From Octopus sinensis (lineage: Eukaryota), in the NCBI RefSeq assembly GCF_006345805.1, contig NC_043000.1, forward strand, positions 21,514,001 to 21,578,000: a DNA stretch of 64,000 nt, given 5' to 3'. The position numbers were made by a program, and so were the translations under genes. Below the pieces are notes generated by a model that was given only the letters and a program-made list of their open reading frames with translations, made no database searches and had not been told where the DNA came from. How positions within the stretch are numbered: position 1 is the first letter of the stretch; each line of letters starts with the position of its first letter. This document shows, piece by piece, positions 23,666 through 37,000 of this stretch.

Positions 23666-23965
23666 GGAGGCACAATGCCTAGTGGTTAGAGCAGCGGACT
23701 TGCAGTCGAGGGATCGCGGGTTTGAATCTCAGACCAGGCGATGTGTGTGTTTATGAGTGAAACACCTAAGCTCCACGCAGCTCCGGTAGAAGGAAATGGC
23801 GAACTTCTGCTGACTCTTTCACCACAACTTTCTCTCACTCTTTCCTCCTCCTGCATCTTGCAGCTCACATGTGACGGACCGGCGTCCCATCCAGGTGGGG
23901 AACCTATATGCCAAGGAAACTGGGAAACTGGCCCTTATAAGCCAGGCATGGCTCAAGAAGGAACA
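23666..23965 (+). mobile_element. tRNA-derived SINE (family C-related head, different tail)
   Basis: Head ggaggcacaatgcctagtggttagagcagcggact matches the family C copies. Confidence 0.75.
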
Positions 23966-23969
23966 AATA

Positions 23970-24420
23970 AAACAATTCATTCTCATCCGCCTCTAGTACA
24001 TTGTTTTTCATGGGAGCAGATGTGACTGATGAGACCGATACAAGATAGGTAGATCCTATGACACTGAGGGCACTGAATGTAACCCCAAATAACAGTTGCA
24101 AGAGGTTGATGGCAATATCTTCTCTTTTCTTATCTTCTCCTGCATTTGGTTTTTTTGGTTTCAGAGTGCTCTACTGCAGCATCACATGTGGACCTCCATA
24201 CCTTCTGATTAACAGCCAAGGGCTCCAATCAATTGGAAGGGATGTGGTATATAATGAGAGACTGTTTGAGATGATCATAAAAATAAAGTTTGGACGTCTG
24301 TGAGGCCTATCTCCAGCCTCAATCTCACTGATGAGGACCATCTTTGAGAATTGATTACCTGGCATCTGAATCGCATGGCCAACAGAACAGAGAAGGCCCA
24401 GGAAAATTAGATATTAAAAG
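23970..24420 (-). mobile_element. Degenerate RTE LINE 3' fragment
   Basis: MVLISEIEAGDRPHRRP resembles the RTE L..EL..G.R..GRP motif. Confidence 0.5.
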
Positions 24421-26084
24421 AATATACAAAGTGCAACACAGTCTGATTTTCTTCAACATCCATTTTTTTCCATACTTGCACAGGTCAGATAGAATCAAAG
24501 CAAATCTTCTACAGCCAGATGCCCTTTCTATTGCCAGCCCCCACTTTTTTTCCCCCAAGCAAGGTAATATTTCCCCATGTTTTCATGCTTTTACTTGTAA
24601 ACATGGGGGAATACGTTTGATGTTTTTACAACCCCCACAAGATGTCAAAACAAGGATACATGTACACACACTCGAACATGTACACACACACATACAATGG
24701 ACTTCTTTCAGTTTCCATCTACCAAGGCCACTCACAAAACTTTCACCAGCGTAGGACCATAGCAGAAGACACTTGCCAAAGGAGCCACAAAGTGGGACTG
24801 AACCCAAAACCACATGGTTGGGAAGTAAACTTCCAAACTACACAACCATATCTTTATATTTTCATATTTGCATGGAAATATACATCACTTTATTAAATTA
24901 TGTTAATAGACTTGAGTTGTTAATGTGGCCAGCTGGCAGAACCGTTAGCACACCAGGCAAAATGCTTAGCGGTATTTCGTCTGCCGCTACATTCTGAGTT
25001 CAAATTCCGCCAAGGTCGACTTTGCCTTTCATCCTTTCGGGGTCGATTAAATAAGTACCAGTTACGCACTGGGGTCGATATAATCGACTTAATCCGTTTG
25101 TCTGTGTTTAGCCCCTTGTGGGTAGTAAAGAAATAGGTATTTCATCTGCTGTTATGTTCTGAGTTCAAATTCTGCCGAGGTCGACTTTACCTTTCATCCT
25201 TTCGGGGTCGATAAATTAAGGACCAGTTACGCACTGGGGTCGATATAATCGACTTAATCCGTTTGTCTGTCCTTGTTTGTCCTCTCTGTGTTTAGCCTCT
25301 TGAGGCTAGTAAAGAAATAGGCATTTCTTCCATCTTCATACTCTGAGTTCAAAATCCACTGAGGTCGACTTTGCCTTTCATCCTTTCAGGGTCAACAAAA
25401 TAAGTGTCAGTTGGGCATTGGATTTGATTTAATCAACTAAGCTCCAGCACCGATATTGCCGGCCTTGTGCCAAAATTTGAAACCAATAGACTTGAGTTGT
25501 AACTGTACTTGCCAAAGATGACAGTCACTTCCCACTTAAATGCCTCGTAAATTTGAATTTTAGAGTTGTCTCCCTTGCCTTTCTTCACTACAATTAACCA
25601 GAGCTAATGATAATTTTCTCTGCACTTAAGGTGTATTTTAAGTTTTTTGTTTTCTGCTTTTACAGCCTTCTGCATCTTATCTTCAGCTTCACTACGTGTT
25701 CATGCAGAAAGTGTTCCTAAGTAATCCCCCCACTTCATTCATTTTTTTAAGCTGTCACATTTATGTACCGATTGGCTGCAAATGACCAACTACCTATGGC
25801 AAAACATACCCTGAAATGAGTATGGTTTTTAGAGGCTAAGATACATTGTGCTCAGCCAAGCATACATCATATACCTTGCTGCCCCACCTACACACTTTAT
25901 GCCATTTGATGCCTTCACCCCCACCCTCAACACCTTATTGCTTACTTTACCCCTCATCAACCTACCTTCATCCCTCCGCCAGTCTTATGTGTAAGAGACC
26001 ACATTAGTCCACTTCATCCCATTGATTCCCTCAGCCTTTACAAAGCCTTTCCTGAAGAACACAACAGTCCACCCTCACCACTTC

Positions 26085-27600
26085 ATTAGACTGATGTGTC
26101 TGGGACACTGTATTGAGCAAATAACTCAAGAACTTTACTGTTGTCTTTGCTTGTTTGTTTGTTGAGCGAAGCGGTCTTTGTCCTGTAGTGGGAGAAGTCC
26201 GAAACGTGGTCCTTTGCTATTCGTAAGACCCGCAGAAGAGAAAGAAGGTCAACCCTCGACAACGAGAGCATCGACGGATGGATGAATGCGCATCCAGGCT
26301 CAGCGGTTGCATAGGAAGTCGGGGACAAGAAACAGGAAGAAAGAGTGAGAGAAAGTTGGAGCGAAAGAGTACAACAGGGGTCGTCCCACCCCCCTTGCCG
26401 GAGCCTCGTGGAGCTTTAGGTGTATTTTGCTTAATAAACACACACAACGCCGAGTCTGGGAATCGAAACCGCGATCCTCCAACCATGAGTCCGCTGCCCT
26501 AACCACTGGGCCATTGCGCCTCCTGTTGTCTTTGCTGTGAGTTTTTTACATCTGCATACCTCTGGCTACTTTGTATACCTATCCACGATGATTAGATAGT
26601 ATGAGCCATTCACTGGTCCTGCATAGTCGATTTGTATCCTGGACTATAGGCTAGTTTGTCCAAGAACAATTGCAGAAACATTTAAAAAAATTTTCTCTTT
26701 AACTCTTCAGATGAATTATTTTTAGAGGGACAATCATTTATGTTCTCGCAATAGAGATTTATGGGGAGGTCCCATAGATCGAATAATTCTAACCAATCAG
26801 TACCAAACAGATCGGTAGCATTTTTAACAACAAAGACTTTTGCCTTGCATGTTTTCCCTCAAAATGTGACATTAGTCTACATTTTGCCCGTGAAATATAA
26901 TTTGTCGCCCATCACACTATGACCAGATTTTGCTGTTTTTCTCAACATAAGTTTCCCTATTTTATTCCATGTGTCCATATTTATTATTGAAATATCACTT
27001 CCAGTATCCAATTGAAGTTTGGTATGTATTCCATTTATTTTTACATGCACGAATTTTCTTGCTTAAAAATCTCATACTTTCTGTAGTATGATGCAAAAAT
27101 CATACCTTCCTCTGGATTATAACTAAATTCAGAAATCAAGATCATAACACTGCCTGGCAAAAACAAACTTACCTCATTTTTGGACTTCTTTGAATATAGT
27201 TCCAATAATTATTATTGTTGTAGTTGTAGCTGTAATAGTTGTTTCTGCAACTCCTGTTGCTTTTGCAACTATACTATGAAAGCTAATAAGTCTTCCTTTA
27301 TTTAACAAGTTGTATCACAAACTGTTAAATGACCTATGTGAGCTTTGAAACCCTCACCGCCATAATTTCTAATGTACTATAAATAAGATAAACAGACAAC
27401 AGTAAAAACAATGGACTAACAAATCTCATTATGAACCAAAAATCAATATTCCTTGTGAACTAACACCTTCCAACTTCACAACAAACTAACACAAACTTCA
27501 CTCGGCTCCGAACTCTAAACTCACTTGGATTGCTACGATTTTTACTTTACTCAGACAAGTCTATCTCTCGCAAGGGGGTGTCATAACTCTCATCTCAACA
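26085..27600 (-). mobile_element. Internally deleted Gypsy LTR-retrotransposon remnant (protease and integrase pieces)
   Basis: Minus-strand KLQLDTGSDISIINMDTWNKIG (aspartic protease, about 27030-26950) and SRIQIDYAGPVNGSYYLIIVD..ELFAQYSVPDT (integrase, about 26645-26090), with stops. Confidence 0.8.
26152..26522 (-). mobile_element. tRNA-derived SINE family C (second copy about 49167-49520-)
   Basis: 14-bp TSD ctgttgtctttgct at 26138 and 26523; tRNA-like head ggcgcaatggcccagtggttagggc. Confidence 0.85.
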
Positions 27601-29286
27601 GTTAACCAAACCCACAATCCACTTGCAAGGCTTTGGTCAGCCCAGGACTATAGCAAGAAGTTACTTGCTGAAGGTATTACACAGTGACAAGGCGGCAAGT
27701 TGGCAGAAACGTTAGCACACCGGGCGAAATGCTTAGCGTTATTTCGTCTGGTGCTATGTTCTGAGTTCAAATTCCGCCGAGGTTGACTTTGCCTTTCATC
27801 CTTTCGGGGTCAATAAATTAAGTACCAGTTACGCACTGGGCTCAATATAATCGACTTAATCTGTTTGTCCTCTCTGTGTGTAGTAAAGAAATAGGTATTA
27901 CACAGTGAGACTAAAACTATGGGGTTAGGAAGCGAACTGCCGAACCACACAGCCATGCCTTGTATTTATATTCGTATGGAGACATCTCTTTACTAAATTA
28001 GTTTTCTGGACTTGCATTTCTAGTATGCTACTTAAAATCCATTTTATTGTGCTCTCCTTAATGCATTTTCTAATCGTTTCACATTTCTTTTTTCTGACAT
28101 TTTGTCAGTTACGATGAGGGTTCCAGTTGATCCGATCAATAAAACAGTCTGTTCATGAAATTAACAAGCAAGTGGCTGAGCACTCCACAGACATGTATAC
28201 CTATTTCTTTACTACCCACAAAGGGCTAAACACAGAGAAGACAAACAAGGACAGACAAACGGATTAAGTCGATTATATCGACCCCAGTGCATAACTGGTA
28301 CTTAATTTATTAACCCCGAAAGGATGAAAGGCGAAGTCAACCTCGGCAGAATTTGAACTCAGAACGTAGCGGCAGAAGAAATACCTATTTCTTTACTACT
28401 CACAAGGGGCTAAACACAAAGAGGACAAACAAGGACAGACACACGGATTAAGTCGATTACATCGACCCCAGTGTGTAACTGGTACTTTATTTATCGACCC
28501 CGAAAGGATGAAAGGCAAAGTCGACCTCGGCGGAATTTGAACTCAGACGAAATACGGCTACGCATTTCGCCCGGCGTGCTAACGTTTCTGCCAGCTCGCC
28601 GCCTTTACAGACATGTATACCCTTAACATGGTACTCAGGGAGATTCAGTGTGGCACAGAATGTGACAAAGCTGGCCATTTTTGCCAGCTGAGTGGACTGG
28701 AGTAATGTGAAATAAGTGTCTTGCTCAAAGACACAACACATTGCTAGGAATTGAACTCACAAACTTGTGATCATGAGCCAAATACCTCTAACCACATAGC
28801 CACGTCTTCCCATTTTACATATACACACACACAAACATGACAATCTCTTTTCAGTTTCCATCTACCAGATCTAACTCACAAGGTTTTCATTCACTTGGGA
28901 CTATGGTGGAAGACTCTTGTGTGAATATCACTGTGTGATAAAGAAGTTTACTTTGTAATCAATTATATAGTTGTAAGATACCTCACTGCACATTACTTCA
29001 GGTGTTTTTACCATTGCATCAGGTCAACCAATTCACTGAGAGAGAAATTTAGATGGAAAACGTGCAAAACCCCCATCATATATGTATACTCTACTTTTTT
29101 ACTTATTTCAGTCATTTGACTGTGACCATGCTGGAGCACCGCCTTTAGTTGAGCAAATCAACCCCAGGACTTATTCTTTGTAAGCCTAGTATTTATTCTA
29201 TCGGTCTCTTTTGCCAAACTGCTAGGTTACGGAGACGTAAATACACCAGCATCTGTTGTCAAGCAATATTGGGGGGACAAACACAG

Positions 29287-29325
<39 letters not shown>

Positions 29326-31344
29326 TATATACGATGGGCTTCTTTTAGTTTCTGTCTACCAAATCCACTCACAAGGCTTTTGTTGGCCTGAGGCTATAGT
29401 AGATAACACTTGCCCAAGGTGCCATGCAGTGGGACTGAACCCAGAACCATGTGGTTGGTAAGCAAAATACTTACCACACAGCCACATATATAAAAAAAAA
29501 ATCAGTATTTTTATACTAATTAAAAAATGTAAACATTAAAAAAAAACCAAAAGCCAGTGCTTTCAAATAAAACTGCTATACATAGTACGTACCCTACTTT
29601 AATTTACCATTAGAAATCAAGAACCTACAATTACAATTATTGAAGCATAAACTAAACAAATGATCAGTCATTAACTGTTAGGACAGTTTTCTTTAAAAAT
29701 GTTCATGCTTCCCAAAATTCACCATCACAACTCCTGACACATTTGTCTTTTTTTTTTTGTTCTTTATGCTTCTTTTACTAATCACTTTTTTGTCTTATGC
29801 ATTGCACATAAAGTCTTGGCTATCACTGCCATTTTTACTTGATTTATCGCTGCTTTGTCTCCTTTTTAACCCTTTTCTGAGCACTGTATAGAATAAGCTC
29901 ATTATTAAATGCAATGAACTTGTAATAGGCCCACAAAATATCTGTAACCAAAGATGCTATTAATCACCAAATGTGACATCTAAAAAAAAAAAAAAAATCC
30001 ATCAACTAATAAAGAGTGACTAATGGCAGGCTGTGACCATCCACCCACTTATTTTTCAGAAGTTTCTTTACTTTTAAGATAGTGATTGGAGAGAGAATTG
30101 GTAGTTATTTCCAGCAGGCCAAACAACTATGTAAAGTCTCCCTTTTTGGTTATTTAATTAGAAACAATATGCTTAGCAATTCAAATAGAGATTATATCAT
30201 TAACAAATTAATGTTCATTTTATTTTTGGCAACACTTCCACAAAACCAAATGAAGTTCAAAAACATTAAAAACCAATATTTATTAAAGAATTTCTTAATA
30301 ATTGATACTTATAAATAGCAAAAAAAAAATCTCAGAATTTATGAAGAAAGTATGTGTAGGTGAATGGGTTTTGATGTTGCTATTGCAATGAGGGTGTGGA
30401 TGGTTGATGAGAATACTGACTATAAAGAAATTTGCATAATAAAAAAAAATAAAATTTTATTTTCTAATTTCAAAGATAGTTTTCTCTATCTCTATTATCA
30501 TATAAGGTTGTGAGCTGTTAGAATCGTTAGCACTCCGGGCGAAATGCTTAGCGGTTTTTCATCTGCCACTACGTTCAAGGTTCAAATTCTGCCATGGTCG
30601 GCTTTGCCTTTCATCCTTTTGGGGTCGATAAATTAAGTACCAGTTACACACTGGGGTCGATATAATCGACTTAATCCGTTTGTCCGTCCTTGTTAGTCCC
30701 CTCTGTGTTTAGCTCCTTGTGGGCAGTAAAGAAATAGGTATTTTATCTGCCGCTATGTTCAGAGTTCAAATTCTGCCAAGGTCGACTTTGCCTTTTATCC
30801 TTTCGGGGTCAATAAATTAAGTACCAGTTGAACACTAGGGTCGATGTAATCGACACATCCCCTCCCCCAAAATGGCTGTCCTTGTGGTAAAATTTGAAAC
30901 CATTATCATATAACAGAGAAAATGTAATTTTGATAATTAAGAATAATATAATCAATTGAATTTTAAAACAGACCAACAATTATAGACCATAGTAATGTTA
31001 AAAGAAAAGAAGTTGCAAATGTTAAGTAAGGAATGAGTCCAACTTTATGTTACAAATGCAAATCCTAGCTACCACAAAATATCATGGCCCTGGTCAATTT
31101 TGCCTAAGTATATCATGTGTTTGCAGTTGCAAGTCAGACAAGCAAAAACTGTAATACCATTGACCCCAAAAGAAGGAATACAGTAAAATAAATGGCCAGT
31201 CCAAGAACGCCTGCCACCAAACATTCAAGGAAGACCTCAAGCCCACAAGAGCCAGTTAGACAGGAGCAGACAAAAATTATGGCAGATCGACCATACAGGC
31301 AGAAGTCAGCTACCTTGTGTGTAGCTCACAATATGGGAAGTGTG

Positions 31345-31700
31345 ACTAGCACTTGGTAAACGACGGACTTGGTAAACACCCACAAAGTTGTCAACCACCT
31401 CACCAATAACAACACTGAACACCTTTTTGATCTCCATGTGTCTAACACACGTGGACATGCCTACAAAGTCAGAAAACAACACAGCTCCCATGACTTTCGG
31501 AAACATTTCTTCACGCTCAGAGTTGCTGAAGCATGGAATAAACTGCCTGCGTCAGATGTTGACTGCCATGACACTGCATCCTTTAAAGCCATTCATGCTT
31601 TCCGAAATCCGTCGAAACTACACCTGATTATATATGCACTTTAGATGAGTTGTAGTGCACCTGAGCACTGTACACAATGTTTATTATTATTATTATTATT
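31345..31700 (+). mobile_element. CR1-clade LINE 3' end (also 34790-35250; older pieces about 210-370 and 2860-3080)
   Basis: NTRGHAYKVRKQHSSHDFRKHFFTLRVAEAWNKLP C-terminal CR1 motif, gtgcacctgagcactgtata 3' UTR and (ATT)n tail. Confidence 0.8.
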
Positions 31701-32811
31701 AGTTTCCGATAGGGGAAGTAACTCTAAAAAGGAATGTGTTGTTTAATCCTAGTCTCTCTATGTGGTGTAAGGACCCAATACTGTAACATCTTAAGGTACA
31801 GTGGCTCACAGTTTTTCAATACCTTGCTGAAAACACTTAGAGATATAAAAGGCGTAAATGAGGATATATTAAAAAAAAAAACTTAGGGAAATAATTTTCT
31901 AAGGTAACAGCTAAACGCACGTCACAACAACAAAAGGCAAATGAGAGTAGTGATGCCTAACTCACCCATCCATGGAGAGAGAAGGCCAGGGAAATGAAAT
32001 GAAATGAAATGAAATAAATTAAATATCCCCCCCCACGACCCCGGGTTGTTCCAGCTATTACTTCTAGTTCGAAGACATAAAAGAATACCCCAAGTATGCT
32101 CGGTAGGAGGAGACCCTACCACATTTCTGTGGAAATAAACTGCTTTCATTTCAATGAATTTTGGAAATAATGAAAAATTTATTAAAATAACTGTTTTTAA
32201 TCAGCTGATGCTTAAGGTTTCAATTGAGGTTGCTTCAAAATAGGAAGCTTATATCATAGAACAAAGGGTAGTTTCAGTCAGGTTGGTATCAAAAGGGTTA
32301 AAGAAGGTTTGTCTTTTATTCCAGAGAACCTTGCACTGCTTTGAATAGAAAGAAGCTGTTGGATAATAGCATTGGATAAATAGCATTACATAATGGTTGT
32401 TGGATAATAGCATTGATAGAATGTGGAATGAAAAGATAAAAATATAATAGTTTGATAGCATTTATAAATTTTATGTTTTTATAGAGCATTAATAAAGAAA
32501 ACATACATAATTTAGAAAAGATAATTAAAAGACAATAGCAGTAGAAATGCACAATATGTGCACTACTACTACAGTATGTCAGTCTTCAATGGCAAATAAA
32601 ATGCTTATATTTTAATATATGCCATAATTACATATTGATGCTTATTTTTCAAAAAAAAAAAGCTCACCTCAAATAATAAAATTTTTTCATAAGTATTTGA
32701 GTTTTACAAATTATATTTTACATAAACCAGAAAAGTGTCCACATTGCAATTTTGAAGGGATTAAAAAAAAAAAAAACTCTTTTAGATTCTGGTTCATTAC
32801 AAAATTTAAGA

Positions 32812-32887
32812 TTAATGCCAGCTCTGTGGTGCTGTTTTCATGATACCAAATGAGACATTTTCTGTACTTTTTAGCATCAATATTTGT
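32812..32887 (-). CDS. LAMTOR5: LAMTOR5 exon 4 (QILMLKSTENVSFGIMKTAPQSWH*)
   Basis: ttctcattgcag| acceptor, TAA stop at 32814-32812. Confidence 0.93.
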
Positions 32888-33945
32888 CTGCAATGAGAAG
32901 AAAGAAAATAACTAATTACATTTAAGAAATTGGTGGTGTGAAGTCTGTCTCTTTATTATTATTATCATTATTGAGTAAGAGAACAAGGCATGCCATCAAA
33001 GATATATTGGGGCACAAATATACAAAACCCAATATACCCATCATGACTACCTGTCTAATAAGGGTACACCAGGCACATGCATCACAACCATATGTGCACG
33101 ACATGGTGATTTCATATCAAGATAAACAATGCATGACCTTGCAGGTGGGACCCAATTAGAATTTTCTTCAGGTTGGATAGTGCATCCCACTCAAAATAAG
33201 GTCTGTTTCAGGATGATGAATGAAACACCGTTGTTTCCAGAGGTGAATTATTCAAACCACAAAGGATTCTTCTCAACACATGGCTATGATGTTCCCCCAG
33301 CTACATAAGGATCTGGAATATGATCACATACATTGTTTTGGCATTTTCTTTCCAGATATGAAGGCTTTAGTCATAAACTGAAAATACAGTTTTGCCATAT
33401 AGCCACAATTGTATCTCTTAATTATGTTTTCTCAAGCATTAAGCATTCCTGAATATTATAAGCAACATAAACAAACCAAATCATGAACCAAAATACTCGT
33501 TTAAGAGATTGTGCACTCATTTGAATTATAGAATTAGAATATTAAAAGTTAAAAATCTTGTTTCGATACTGTTTAGGAAAGAAGGAATTTCAAAATATGT
33601 CAACTGCTACCACTACAACATGAAATTTTAAAACATTTAAATTTAGATCATTTTAAAACAAAGAACTAAGGGCAGTCTCAGACTGATAGATATCAAGATA
33701 GAAGATCAAGAAGTTGTTCAGGGAGACAACTATTTGAAATGTATGCAATGTTGCACTGTGATGAATTTTTGGCATTGGAGTGGCTGTGTGGTAAGTAGCT
33801 TGCTTACCAACCACATGGTTCCGGGTTCAGTCCCACTGCGTGGCACCTTGGGTAAGTGTCTTCTACTATAGCCTTGGGCCGACCAAAGCCTTGTGAGTGG
33901 ATTTGGTAGACAGAAACTGAAAGAAGCCCATCATATATATGTATG

Positions 33946-34011
<66 letters not shown>

Positions 34012-37000
34012 CATATGTTTGTGTGTATGTGTTTGTCCCCCCAACATCGCTTGACAACTGATGCTGGTGCATGTACGTCCCTGTAACCTAGCAGTTCAGC
34101 AAAGGAGGCCGAAAGAATAAGTCCTGGGGTCGATTTGCTCGACTAAAGGCAGTGCTCCAGCATGGCCACAGTCACATGACTGAAACAAGTAAAAAAGTAA
34201 AAGAGATGCTGAATACATAATACTAACTGGCATCAAAGAGCAACTAGAAGTGAGGCTGAGAGACAGACCAGCTGGCTATGGAAGTTATCAACCACTGTAA
34301 GCAGGCATGGATAAGTGATGTACATTGATGACCACTAGGTGAAAAAGTGATGCATATCAGCAGAAGCTGAGATGCTATGAATATTAGAACCATACGTTCT
34401 CTCTCAGCCATTTGACACGAGAGGAACTCATCATCATCATAGGCCACACCAGGTTCCATAGTCTGTCTTGGCTTGGTTTTTACAGCTTGATACCCTTCCT
34501 AATACCAACCACTTTACAGAGTGTACCGGGTGCTTTACATGTAGCACTGACACAGGTGCTTTTTACAGGGTACAGTTGCTGGAGATGAATACTGGCACTA
34601 TGGACACCTGTGGGTTGTCAAAGGATTAGCTAAATAATATACAACGGGTTGAATCAACTCCAGTATATTACCAATATGTTTTTATTGACTCTATAAGGTC
34701 AACAGTTGAACTCCATCTTTATACTATAAACTCAGAACAAAGCAAGATAAAACTACTGTAAACTGAAAATATCCTCTAGTTTTTATCCCTGGGTATGGAT
34801 ACATTGAAACTCTGACGTCTGGCAGCTGACTTGGCAGACACCCATAAAATTATTAACCATTTTACAAACAATAACTCTGAGCACCTTTTCAAACTTCACC
34901 TGTCTAATACCCATGGACATGTTTATAAAGTCAGAAAACAGCGCAGCTCCCATGACTTTCGGAAACATTTTTTCACACTAAGAGTTGCTGAAGTATGGAA
35001 CAAACTGCCGGCATCAGTTGTTAGTTGTCGGAGCACTGCATCCTTCAAAACTTCCATGCTTCCTGAGATTCGCCAACACTACACCTGATTTTCTCCCCTC
35101 CATACACACGCAAGCATGTATCTGACTCATATACTGTTCACTTCCCAGACATTTGTACATTAATGCATACGCTTTATACACATTTTTGACAAGTTGTGGT
35201 ACACCTGAGCACTGTATACAATAATTTCATTATTATTATTATTATATTATTATATTTTTTTTAATATTCTCTATCACCTGAAAGGACAAGCTTATATGTA
35301 TGGAAGACAGCAATTTTATTTAGCTTGATGAATCTTTAAGTACAGCAAATGTGGCAATTTGCTATACTTGAAAAGACGTAACAAGCTAAGTAAAATCGCT
35401 GTCTTCCATATATGTTGGCTTGTCCTGTCAGGTGCTGGTGCCACATAAAAAGTGCCCATGCCAGTGCTGCATAAATGCACCTGTTCTAGTGGCATGTAAA
35501 AGGCACTCAGCACACTCTGTTAAGTGATTGGCATTAGGAAGGGCATCCAGCCATAGAAACCATGCCACAACAGACAACTGGAGTCAGGACAGCTCCCCAG
35601 CTGTCCAGCTTCGTGTCAAACCATCCAACCCATGCCAGCATGCAAAACAGGCGTTAAATAATGATGAAGATGATTATCAACTCTAGCATTCTGGATTATC
35701 AACTCTAGTATTCTGGATTAACTACATACCCTCCTTCAGATTCCATTGTGATTACAGGTGAATGAGTTTCATCTTGCCGTAACGAACGACCACAATGAGC
35801 AAGGGATGTAATTAGACCAGCATGGCATGTTGACAGGTTTCCTTTCACTAAAAGTAAAGAATATCAAACATCAGTGTTTTCATAAAGAAATGTTTATAAA
35901 CAGGTGGGAAATGGGTAAATTTGCATAAAAAGGATGGGGTATGAGATTTACATAAAGAGGATGGGAGATATTTACATAAAGAGGGTGGGGAGATGGGGTA
36001 TATTTACATAAAGAGGGTGTGGAGATGGGGAATATTTACATAGAGAGGGTGGGGAGATGGAGGATATTTACATAGAGAGGGTGGGGAGAGGGGGGATATG
36101 GGGACATTTACATAAATAGGGTGGGGAGATGGGGATATTTACATAAATAGGGTGGGGAAATGGGGATATTTACATAAAGAGGATGGGGAGATGAATAGAT
36201 TCATATAAAGGAGGTAGGGAAAATGAGAAATAGCAAAAGGAAGGAACAAGTAGTTGGATACATAATGTAGGTAGAGAGACAGACAGACAGACAGAAGTAG
36301 GATGAGACTGAGAGATGGGACTTACCTCCAAGGCAGAGACCATGTTGGTCAGTGCAAATTACACCAGTCACTTCAGGATTTTCTCCTCTGAAACGAAAAC
36401 AGATAATTAATCAACAACATGAAATAACAACCTTCATAAAGTTTTAATAAATATTTCAGTTTTCACACATATTAATTGATAAACTATATTCATTGTTCTC
36501 AGTCTAGTCAAAATAATTGTACATTGGATCACTATATTAATCAGACAATAATTATATATTGTTTAACAAAATTAGTGTTAATCCATGAATTCTTAAGATA
36601 ATTATGTTAACTGAACAAATCTTAGATCTAACATGTTATTTGGAACAGGTAATTTTGGAAGCTTAATACTTTCCCAAATTTATAATTTCTTCTAGATTAA
36701 TAGTCAAGGTTGTATTTGATAAGGTTTAGTGAAAGTTTGACTTTTTAATTTAATGTAAAATCTGTCTACAATTTGGCAACATGTCACAATTAGTCACATC
36801 AGGTGCTAACAAACATATCGAGAGAAAGACTAGGGAATATTAAAAAATAGTAATGAACTGAATTGAAATCCCAGTATTCTTGCATGATAACTGAAAATAT
36901 TTCTTCCCTGGCAAAAAAAAAAAGGGCAGGGATCTTAATGCCTAGAATTAATTTCACTACAAAATAAAATACCCCAATCCGTAATTTTTGTAATAATTTT

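Noticed and set aside
24020-24060. CTGATGA motif as a second hammerhead
   Set aside because: No GAAA core after the stem; lies within an RTE fragment.
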